Position numbers and translations under genes: made by a program | DNA from: Octopus bimaculoides | Taxonomy: Eukaryota | Direction: 5' to 3' | DNA: 43,531 nt | Assembly (NCBI RefSeq): GCF_001194135.2 | Contig: NC_068994.1 | Location: 54,655,593 to 54,699,123, forward strand | The notes under the pieces: generated by a model | Told to the model about the DNA's origin: nothing | The model's database searches: none | What the model saw: only the letters and a program-made list of their open reading frames with translations | In this document: positions 33,696 through 43,531 of the stretch, one piece after another | Layout of the letters: the number at the start of each line of letters is the position of its first letter | Position numbering within the stretch: position 1 is the first letter of the stretch

Positions 33696-35240
33696 GGTTG
33701 TTTTAATCGATTTTTCGGTAACTATGGGGGCTAGGAAAATATATAAGGTGCGTTCCAATCTATGCACCCGTCTCCACATGTGTGCCATTTTTCACGCGAA
33801 TACACCCAGCCGTTTGGCCGTGAACCTCGAGACAAGAAAGAATACAACAGTAGCCCATGTTCAATTTATATTATAGATATATGCATACATATCTATATAA
33901 ATACATATATACATATATATATACACATGCATATATATACATATATATACATGCATATATATATACTTTCATATGTATGTATACATGTATATGCATATAT
34001 ATATTTACATTCATCTATACATGCACATGCATGTATGCATGGATAGATATATGCATATGTATATGCATGTGTATCTTGTATGTATGAAAGTACACATACC
34101 TATCTCTCTGTGTGTACGTGCGTGGTGCGCATGCATGACAGCCAATACGATTCCTCGTTATTTCGCTCGTTCGCAGAAAGGTTGGTAAGATGTCATGAAT
34201 ATCAGTAGAACGCCAAAATGCCAAGGTTTCTTAATCGACTCTCAAGATTTATTACATTTTTCAAGCAACTCAGTCGATAAATTGATTTTGTCTACTTGAA
34301 ATCTAAACAGACCATGTTTACAGACACACTTCTACATCTGCGCTGATCGGAAGAATTGAACTCTAAATATAAATACAAACTCTCAAAACCAATACTTCAT
34401 TTTAACGCAATCCTTNNNNNNNNNNNNNNNNNNNNNNNNNNNNNNNNNNNNNNNNNNNNNNNNNNNNNNNNNNNNNNNNNNNNNNNNNNNNNNNNNNNNN
34501 NNNNNNNNNNNNNNNNNNNNNNNNNNNNNNNNNNNNNNNNNNNNNNNNNNNNNNNNNNNNNNNNNNNNNNNNNNNNNNNNNNNNNNNNNNNNNNNNNNNN
34601 NNNNNNNNNNNNNNNNNNNNNNNNNNNNNNNNNNNNNNNNNNNNNNNNNNNNNNNNNNNNNNNNNNNNNNNNNNNNNNNNNNNNNNNNNNNNNNNNNNNN
34701 NNNNNNNNNNNNNNNNNNNNNNNNNNNNNNNNNNNNNNNNNNNNNNNNNNNNNNNNNNNNNNNNNNNNNNNNNNNNNNNNNNNNNNNNNNNNNNNNNNNN
34801 NNNNNNNNNNNNNNNNNNNNNNNNNNNNNNNNNNNNNNNNNNNNNNNNNNNNNNNNNNNNNNNNNNNNNNNNNNNNNNNNNNNNNNNNNNNNNNNNNNNN
34901 NNNNNNNNNNNNNNNNNNNNNAAATAGATCTCTTTATACAATTCTCTAATATATTTTCAACATCATTTGTGTGGTAGGGTGTAACAAAAATACGTATTGA
35001 GAAAATCACATCTTTATTGTAGAATTCACCTTATAAAGCCGACAATTGTTACTTGTGTCTGATTGTTGGATATATCAGGTTGAGTGAAAAGTAAGCAATG
35101 GTTTGAACCATGAAAAATTTGTACCGGATTTTTGTAGAGCTTTTAAACATTATTTTTGCAATTGTCTGATAATACAGACATAGACTTGCGCAAATGCATC
35201 AATAAATTAACATTGATATTTTTTTCACCGTTGTTACAAT
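32965..35240 (+). repeat. Apparently identical 319 bp duplicate (32965-33283 and 34922-35240), probable assembly artefact
   Basis: No differences seen by eye; the first copy ends at a gap and the second begins at a gap. Confidence 0.8.
33700..33877 (-). mobile_element. Putative non-autonomous Helitron-like 5' segment, copy 2
   Basis: Shares 33784-33877 with 16323-16410. The minus-strand end reads A|TCTATAATATAAATTG, consistent with a Helitron 5'-TC terminus after a host A. Confidence 0.45.
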
Positions 35241-35248
35241 CATCTGAA

Positions 35249-35888
35249 ATGGAATTGTCAAGGCGCAATATTCGAGCAATTTTGCCATTCAACTTCAAAA
35301 AGGGACGTAAAGTAGCTGAAACTGCTTGTGATATCAACGAAATGCTTGGTGAGGAAATAAATGACCAGTGTATGGTCAGGTCGAAAATAGTTTATACGAT
35401 TTCGCAGTGGAGACCTGAACCTTGGAGATCGTGAGTGTAGTGGACACCCATCTGTCATCGATGACAGTCAATTAAAGACCGTCATTGAGAAAGATCCACG
35501 TAAAACCACTCGAGAATTGGCAAGCGAACTTAAAATTAGCCAGAAAACTGCCTGCAACCATTTGCATGCGATCGGAAAATCAAAAATCTCGACAAATGGA
35601 TACTACACGATTTGAATGAAAATCAGAAAATGTTGAGAGAACTTGGCTACGAAGTTCTTCCCTGCCCAGCTTATTCCCCAGATCTTTCTCCTACCGACTA
35701 CTACTTTTTCAAGCACCTTGATGGTTTCCTTACGAGAGAAGGAGTTCAAAAATCAAATCTATGCTGAAAGTGCGTTGAAAGAGTTCCTCAGTTCCAGAAC
35801 TCCAGATTTTTCTGTTACCGGAATAAACAAACTTGTAACTCGTTAGCAAAAATGTGTTGATTGTAATGGTAATTACTTTGAGGAGTAA
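35249..35888 (+). pseudogene. Mariner (DD34D, Hsmar1/Mos1-like) transposase pseudogene with central deletion
   Basis: MELSRRNIRAILPFNFKKGRKVAETACDIN; then RFRSGDLNLGDRECSGHPSVID..IEKDPRKTTRELA..LDKWILHDLNENQK joined directly to LRELGYEVLPCPAYSPDLSPTDYYFFKHLD and C-terminal KLVTR*QKCVDCNGNYFEE*. The segment with the first two catalytic Asp residues is missing. Element flanks extend to about 34922 and 35995. Confidence 0.92.
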
Positions 35889-36006
35889 AATTTCCGCATT
35901 GTTGAAATATATTGTGATGTATTTCGTGTTTGAAAACGTTGCTTACTTTTTACTCAGTTAACGAAACTCATTTAAAACTGGGTGCTTTACTGAGATCTGC
36001 CTGCAG

Positions 36007-36085
<79 letters not shown>

Positions 36086-36639
36086 GGGGGAGAAAGAGAT
36101 AGAGAGAAAAATACATACATACATGCATAAACATATATATGCATGTATGTTTATATGTATATATATTTATATATGTACGTATGTATATAAATGCATTATG
36201 TACAGCGAGCGAGAGTGAGAGAGAGAAACATAAAGAGAGAGAGAGAGATAAATGAGAGGGTTAGGAAAATTTTGTCTCCTTGCAAGCTTCCATTCATACA
36301 GCGTAGGAGAGAGAAGACAAAAGTAAAGCTTGAAACTCATATTAACAGAAGAGAAGCGAAACAGGATAAGAGATATCAATCAAAAAAGGTGTTGAAAATG
36401 TCGTCCACCTCCTTCTGTAGTAACACCATTTAAACAGCGTAATTACATGACACCGTATACACAAGAGTAATCACGTAACACCACGCAGCAGACAGGGTAT
36501 TAACATTATGGCAATAGGCAGAGCAATAAACTTTCTAAGGCAGCGGCAGCCGTAACGGATGATAACCTGAAAATATCAATTTCTATGCGACGTCTTCGTT
36601 TCACAAGCCTCGCCATTTTGTATTATATATTTGCATATA

Positions 36640-36940
<301 letters not shown>

Positions 36941-37094
36941 AAGTGTAATTTAGATGAAGAAAGGCCCTAGGCTATTCAACTTGTGAGACTCTTCCCAAAG
37001 GATTTACGATAGTATCAAAACCATTCAGCACTTTGACAGGAATCGTCCTTAATTTTGAGGCCCTGGGCACTGCTAACCACATGCAAACATATAT

Positions 37095-37148
<54 letters not shown>

Positions 37149-37344
37149 ATATCATATGCATTTGTGTGGCATATTTAGAAATGGAAGCACAAGGTATAGT
37201 CTATTCAAACTTTTAAAGCTGGACGCCCCTGATTTCGTGTGATCGCGCGGGGGAGAAGTGTCTGAATGAAGAAAAGTGAAAAACATTACTAGAGCGAATT
37301 CACGTGATATTTAAATCCTTCTGTCGGTGACGGTGCAAATCAAG

Positions 37345-37560
37345 GGGAGATAATAATTCTTTCTAATATAGCCACATGGCCTGAAATTTTATGGGAGGGA
37401 GCTAGTCTATTACATTGACCCTAGTATTTCACTGATGCTTATTTTATCAACCCCGAAAGTTGACCACGGTGGTATTTGACCTCACGATGTAAAGCCTGAT
37501 GAAATGCCGCTCTCTATTCTCTCCGAACTGTTAACGATTGTGCCAGCTCGCCGCCTTAAG
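37345..37560 (-). mobile_element. SINE family B copy, diverged
   Basis: Minus-strand head TAAGGCGGCGAGCTGGCACAATCGTTA with B-box-like TGAGGTCAAATACC; body TTTTATCAACCCCGAAAG and TATTACATTGACCC. Confidence 0.75.
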
Positions 37561-37699
37561 GGGCGATAATAATAATGATAAATCATAGAACGTAGTTAAT
37601 GTCACTGGGTCAAAATTTTGGATGGTCAAGGAACACCATTCTGATGAAAACACAGAGTTATCTCTTTTAACATGAAATGTTTCTTTTATTTGTAATCAC

Positions 37700-38060
37700 T
37701 CAGTAAAATTCTGTATCTGATTATTGGCCGTTGTAGTTGAAACGAGATACAAAAATGTCTACGATTGGCATGGCAGGCATCTTTTAACTCTACTGGCGTA
37801 GAATGTGCAGATCTATTATACTCCAAGAAATATCATTCGGTTTCCAGACATAACTCGAAAGAGGTGGTGTCGAATATATTTCTTGATCTCAAAGATTTTG
37901 TGTGCTAGTTGAATCTGTCTTTGAAGGAGTACTCAGTGAGTCTAGAATAAGTTTTTGAATAACATTCTCTGGCGTTCTAGCGGCTCTTTATATCATCGCT
38001 ATCAGGAGCCATAATCCATTGAGCGTGTTTATAGTTTTGAGTGGACATACATTTAATAAT
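37700..38060 (-). pseudogene. Penelope-like GIY-YIG endonuclease relic
   Basis: Across frameshifts: CPL...LNGLWLLIAMI*RA (CPLNG.CL...IIY.A), KTYSRLTEYSFKDRFN*HTKS (YIGLTE.SFK.R.N.H.KS), LSSYVWK..ISWSIID (LSKYIW...I.W.I.D), YASRVKRCLPCQS (Y...KRC.LC..E). Confidence 0.7.
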
Positions 38061-38291
38061 TAAGAGTTAGAGTATGGGTGAGAAGTAAGTGAGTACACTC
38101 ACAACAGCAAGTTCACATAGAGGAATATATCAACAAAAGCACCACTGCAGCGTTCTTTTGAATGCTTGCGAATGCGAACACATATAAAATATGGATTTAT
38201 ATATATTAATAAATATTCATTACTTAATTCTTAAGTGTCATTTCGCATGCACACACATAACATATGGAGATAGATAGCTAGATAGATAGAC

Positions 38292-38328
<37 letters not shown>

Positions 38329-39174
38329 CATACATACATACATACATACATACATACATAAATACATACATAAATGTATGTATGAGTATATATGCATATG
38401 TATACAAATTTATATATATATATATNNNNNNNNNNNNNNNNNNNNNNNNNNNNNNNNNNNNNNNNNNNNNNNNNNNNNNNNNNNNNNNNNNNNNNNNNNN
38501 NNNNNNNNNNNNNNNNNNNNNNNNNNNNNNNNNNNNNNNNNNNNNNNNNNNNNNNNNNNNNNNNNNNNNNNNNNNNTGTGTGTGTGACTTGAAATTCACT
38601 GTTCATATGTACCTTTTACTGACGAGCGAACTCAGCAAGAGAAACATTATTTAAACTAAGTAGGAACGTCAGCTGCTCCTGCCGCAGAAACTTGTTATCA
38701 CGAACTATATTCCGCTCTTTTCTATTTGTTAAATTATATGACTTCAGTATTTCTATCAGGATTTTTGTAATTGTTGTTACATGTACTTTTGGCTAATAAT
38801 GAATAGATTAATATGCTCTTTTCTGTCGACCACTTTGAGCTACGGAACTGCATTGGGTTGAAATTTACAGGAAAACCATCTGCTGCTTCCCATTGTAACA
38901 CTGTTCGCTTTTAGGCTGTACGTTGTAGATGAGTATGTGTAATAGGGTTTCGTGTCCGTATACACAAACACACACAATCACACTCACACATTCAGATATA
39001 CACGTGCGCACACACTTCATACAGATTCATATACATATATATACATATATATATATACATATATGTACGTAGATAGATATTAAAAATGTATGTATATTCA
39101 TATACATATACATATATAGAAATACGTAAACATACGTATATGTGTATCAGAATATGTCTTACTCATTTTTCATG

Positions 39175-39224
<50 letters not shown>

Positions 39225-39299
39225 TGAGTGTGTGCGTGTGTGCATTCGCATGGGGTCATACCTACATATTTTGAAATATAGACATACTCATATATGCAC

Positions 39300-39374
39300 A
39301 CTTGCATACATATGTAAACAGATTGACAGACAGACAGACAAACAGAGAGACATATAGAAAGACAAACAAACAGG

Positions 39375-39412
<38 letters not shown>

Positions 39413-39477
39413 TACAAACAGACAGACAGACAGTCAGACAGGAAAACAGACACACAGACACACAGACACACAGATAT

Positions 39478-39532
<55 letters not shown>
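39300..39532. repeat. (CAGA)n/(GATA)n microsatellite
   Basis: Direct reading. Confidence 0.9.
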
Positions 39533-39533
<1 letters not shown>

Positions 39534-39862
39534 GTGTTTGCCCCCCTAGTATTACTTGACAACCGATGCTGGTGTGTTTATGTCCCTGTCGCTTAGCGGA
39601 TTGGCAAAAGAGACCGATAGAATAAGTACTAGGCTTACAAAGAATAAGTNNNNNNNNNNNNNNNNNNNNNNNNNNNNNNNNNNNNNNNNNNNNNNNNNNN
39701 NNNNNNNNNNNNNNNNNNNNNNNNNNNNNNNNNNNNNNNNNNNNNNNNNNNNNNNNNNNNNNNNNNNNNNNNNNNNNNNNNNNNNNNNNNNNNNNNTTGA
39801 CTAAAGGCGGTGCTTCAGCCTGGCCGCAGTCAAATGACTGAAACAAGTTAAAGAGTAAAAGA
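39533..39862 (+). mobile_element. SINE family A, 3' half, spanning a gap
   Basis: TGGTGTGTTTATGTCCC...TTAGCGGATTGGCAAAAGAGACCGATAGAATAAGTAC and AAGGCGGTGCTTCAGCCTGGCCGCAGTCAAATGACTGAAACAAG. Confidence 0.85.
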
Positions 39863-39945
<83 letters not shown>

Positions 39946-40064
39946 TAGATGAGGGGTTGATTAAAAAATCTATCGATATATTATGTAGAAGAGTACAGTC
40001 AATATATGTGTGTGTGTATGTGAGTGTATTTATAAACACATGCATACATTCATACATACACTTC

Positions 40065-40480
40065 CACGGATCCGATAGCAGAGCCCCGAGAATCGTCGAG
40101 AGCATCACGTTTCCATCAAAGAACTACGTGCACGCACGCATCGGCCCGCAGCCTCCCACCTCATAGTTATCCATCGCATGCGCTGGTACAGACATGTCCT
40201 CCGCCTCCTGTTAGATCATCCTACCACGGCTTTAGTCTCATTCGATGCAGCAGCTGCAGGTTGAAAGAGGTTCTGTGGGGAGGCCCCGAACCAGATGGCT
40301 GGACGTGACTGGGGAAAAAATCCGGAGGCTCGACGTTACGTTGGATGATGCAGAGGGGCTGGCCTGCGATGGAGACCGCCTGCGATGGAGGCCACTGGTG
40401 GACATGGTTAACTCAATGCATGATGACGTCTTAGGGACCACTAACATGAGATGACATCAGCCCCATCATGCAAGTGCATG
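40065..40480 (+). mobile_element. RTE-clade LINE 3' end
   Basis: HHVSIKELRARTHRPAASHLIVIHRMRWYRHVLRL..DHPT then GRPRTRWLDVT...DAEGLACD..RWRPLV, the RTE C-terminal LRW.GHV.R...GRPR.RW.D signature. Confidence 0.85.
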
Positions 40481-41239
40481 AAATAAGCAAGCGAGCATTC
40501 ATTCATTATCTTAGATAGATAGATAGATAGATAGATAGATACATACAGACATATACATACATATACATACATATATATATAATATATNNNNNNNNNNNNN
40601 NNNNNNNNNNNNNNNNNNNNNNNNNNNNNNNNNNNNNNNNNNNNNNNNNNNNNNNNNNNNNNNNNNNNNNNNNNNNNNNNNNNNNNNNNNNNNNNNNNNN
40701 NNNNNNNNNNNNNNNNNNNNNNNNNNNNNNNNNNNNNNNNNNNNNNNNNNNNNNNNNNNNNNNNNNNNNNNNNNNNNNNNNNNNNNNNNNNNNNNNNNNN
40801 NNNNNNNNNNNNNNNNNNNNNNNNNNNNNNNNNNNNNNNNNNNNNNNNNNNNNNNNNNNNNNNNNNNNNNNNNNNNNNNNNNNNNNNNNNNNNNNNNNNN
40901 NNNNNNNNNNNNNNNNNNNNNNNNNNNNNNNNNNNNNNNNNNNNNNNNNNNNNNNNNNNNNNNNNNNNNNNNNNNNNNNNNNNNNNNNNNNNNNNNNNNN
41001 NNNNNNNNNNNNNNNNNNNNNNNNNNNNNNNNNNNNNNNNNNNNNNNNNNNNNNNNNNNNNNNNNNNNNNNNNNNNNNNNNNNNNNNNNNNNNNNNNNNN
41101 NNNNNNNNNNNNNNNNNNNNNNNNNNNNNNNNNNNNNNNNNNNNNNNNNNNNNNNNNNNNNNNNNNNNNNNNNNNNNNNNNNNNNNNNNNNNNNNNNNNN
41201 NNNNNNNNNNNNNNNNNNNNNNNNNNNNNNNNNNNNNNN

Positions 41240-41281
<42 letters not shown>

Positions 41282-41352
41282 GCTGATGGATAGATAGATA
41301 ATATACATACATACATACATACATACATACATACATACATACATACATAAGA

Positions 41353-42378
41353 CACAGCATTGATGGTGATATTCTTGCAACTGTGATCCAGAAACTCCAG
41401 GATGGAAAAGCACTTGGAAGAGACTTGATTGTTGGATATTGGTACAAGGAGCGAACCTTCTACCGATCATGTCTTATCAATCTGTACCAGCAAATTCTCA
41501 ATGAGAACAGTAGCATAATTCCACACTGGTTAGCTCTGGCAGAAACAAAATTGATCCCCAAATGCAGAACCACCCACATGGCAAAAAACTACCGGCCAAT
41601 TGCATGCCAGAACTTAATGTATAAGATATATACAGCATGCTTAAACCTCTTCCTCCAGGACTATTGTGAAAACAATATCACCACACCAGAACAAGCAACT
41701 AGGAAGAAGAGAGTTTGGGAATGTGCCGAGCAATTGTCAATCACCAAAACTGTGATGCCAGAGGTGCGGGTGCATAGGAGGAACCTAGTTTCAATGTGGT
41801 CAGACCACATGAAAGTCTTTGACTCTGTCCCCCACTCATGGATGCTAGAAGCCCTTCAACTTGCTAAAGTTCCAGCATGCATAGTCAAGGCCATAGCTGA
41901 CCTAATTTCCTCGTGGGCCACCATCTTGAAATTAAACAGAAAGAGTGACTGTATTATCACTGTCCCCTTATTCCAAGGGGACAGCTTCTCTGTGATGTTT
42001 ACACCTTCTGTAAACTCCTTGTCATTCATGTTAAGAAAGTCTGAAGGATATCTCACTGGTTCACAAGGAAACAGAAATACCAAAATTACACACTGTTTCT
42101 TTGTGGTTGACTTGAAACTTTATGCAAAGGATATGCAGGAGATGAAAAAGAGCCTTGTCCAAGTTACAACATTCTCAGAGTATGTAGGGTTGGAATTTGG
42201 TCAGGATAAATGTTATATGGTTGTGAAAAGGGGGAAAACACGTGTCACTAAAGGATATTACAGCCGAAAAAGCAAATTTGGACCTCAGAACTCTCTGCTT
42301 CAATAAAACAGTGGCCCACAATGTGTTTTGATTGGATGTGCTTTGATTGGATGTGTTTTGATTGGTTGCTTGATGAAC
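41353..42378 (+). mobile_element. R4/Dong-like non-LTR retrotransposon reverse transcriptase fragment
   Basis: ORF 41383-42306: KALGRDLIVGYWYK, NYRPIACQNLMYKIYT, EQ..KKRVWECAEQL, WSDHMKVFDSVPHSW, LFQGDSFS, HCFFVVDLKLYA (YMDD degenerated), FSEYVGLEFGQDKC. Continues out of frame as WTSELSA.NKTVAHNVF and DWLLDE. Confidence 0.9.
42321..42365 (+). repeat. Three tandem 15 bp units ATGTG(T/C)TTTGATTGG inside the LINE
   Basis: Direct reading. Confidence 0.9.
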
Positions 42379-42700
42379 CTGTATGCATAATGGGGATGAG
42401 CCCCATTCTGGTGAAACCAGACAGGATTCCCCCTTCCAAGTGAATGCACGTGAGGCATCATCTTGTTGCCAGGCATGTCCAGATACGAATCACCTGTCAC
42501 AAAGCCCTCGAAATAAAATGGTCCAATTACTTGATTATGCCAAATCCCACACTACGCCATTACTTTGTTCCCACCTTGTTTATTATCTGTCTCCAACCAA
42601 TGAGGAGGGGTTTGTGATTAAATCGGCATCTGTGAAAAGAGATTAAAAAAAATGAGTATGTTGGCACGTTCAGATGCTGCATGACTTTATGGCCACCCTG
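42375..42700 (-). mobile_element. Tc1/mariner superfamily transposon fragment (DD41D/Visitor-like), internally deleted, with one TIR
   Basis: End TA|CAGGGTGGCCATAAAGTCATG (TA at 42701-42702). Minus frame PHWLETDNKQGGNKVMA*CGIWHNQVIGPFYFEGFVTGDSYLDM...VWFHQNGAHPHYA (KV.VWCG...IGP.FF...WFQQDGA.PH.A); second catalytic D appears as N. Subgroup assignment tentative. Confidence 0.8.
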
Positions 42701-42734
42701 TATATTAACACAGTTCTACCAGAAACAGTGATTG

Positions 42735-42797
42735 TGAGATTAGAACCATCGAACTTTCATCCTCCAGTAAGACACCTGACCGACTAAGCCAACTTCA
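42735..42797 (-). mobile_element. tRNA-like SINE head fragment
   Basis: Minus strand TGGCTTAGTCGG (A-box-like) and GGTTCTAATCTC (B-box-like) at tRNA-like spacing. Confidence 0.4.
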
Positions 42798-43377
42798 GAT
42801 TCCTAATTTTATTTTTTGTTTCTGAAAACATAACTTAAGTCAATAATTTAATTATTTTTGTTTATCATTATTAAATTTTACGTTGATTTCATTTGATAAT
42901 CTGACAAGATTTATGAAATAACTTCTTAATAATCACATCAATGAAACAAACACAATTATGGTCACTTATATACACATACACACATACATACTTATATACC
43001 TACATACATACAAATTGACACACACACACACACACGCACACATACACACACATATATATGTGAAAGTATGTATTTGTCAGTGTACATCCATATATGTGTG
43101 TGTGTGTGCGCGTTTGTGTATGCTAGCGCGAATATATACACATATGTATATTTATATGCACATACAACACGTTCATATGCATACGTACATGTATACAAAA
43201 TTTGTTTGTAGCAAACGTTATATAAACAGACATATATGCGTGTGTATAAACAAGCAACCGTGAGTGTGTGAGTAAATATATATGTATATGAACACGTGTA
43301 TATATGCATACATGTATATTTGTGTGTAGATGTGTGTGTGTTTATGTATTATATATATATATATATAAATATATAAT

Positions 43378-43531
43378 CGTGGCTCTGTGGTAAGAAGCTT
43401 GCTTTCAACCGCATGGTTTTGAGTTCAGTCCCACTGCATGGGACCTTGAGCAAGCGTATTCTCCTATAGCTTCGGGCCGACCAAAGCCTTGTGAATGGAA
43501 CTGATACACAGAAACTGAAAAAAGCCTGTCG
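43378..43531 (+). mobile_element. SINE family A, 5' part, running off the window
   Basis: GTGGCTCTGTGGTAAGAAGCTTGC...GAGTTCAGTCCCACTG...GGCCGACCAAAGCCTTGTGAATGG aligns with 909-1030. Confidence 0.9.

Overview
Eukaryotic, AT-rich, microsatellite-saturated draft-assembly DNA with 15 N gaps (about 5 kb in total). The SINE families and repeat landscape look like a coleoid cephalopod, probably Octopus; this is recognition from memory, not a database search. I found no host protein-coding exon, rRNA, intact tRNA or CRISPR array, and nearly all ORF-track entries are translated microsatellites or gaps. The window is a layered transposon graveyard. It holds two tRNA-derived SINE families (at least 12 copies or fragments), three Tc1/mariner relics, two R4/Dong-like non-LTR relics (one retaining the RLE domain), two RTE fragments, a CR1/L2-group 3' end, two decayed Penelope-like ORFs and a minisatellite-bearing Helitron-like element. 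Two observations stand out. The first is three different minimal type I hammerhead ribozymes, all with an extra A after the core. The second is an unclassified 272-433 bp fold-back element, present twice, with 88-112 bp inverted arms, an asymmetric 53 bp double-hairpin tail and 12-13 bp target-site duplications, a combination that fits no standard transposon class I know.
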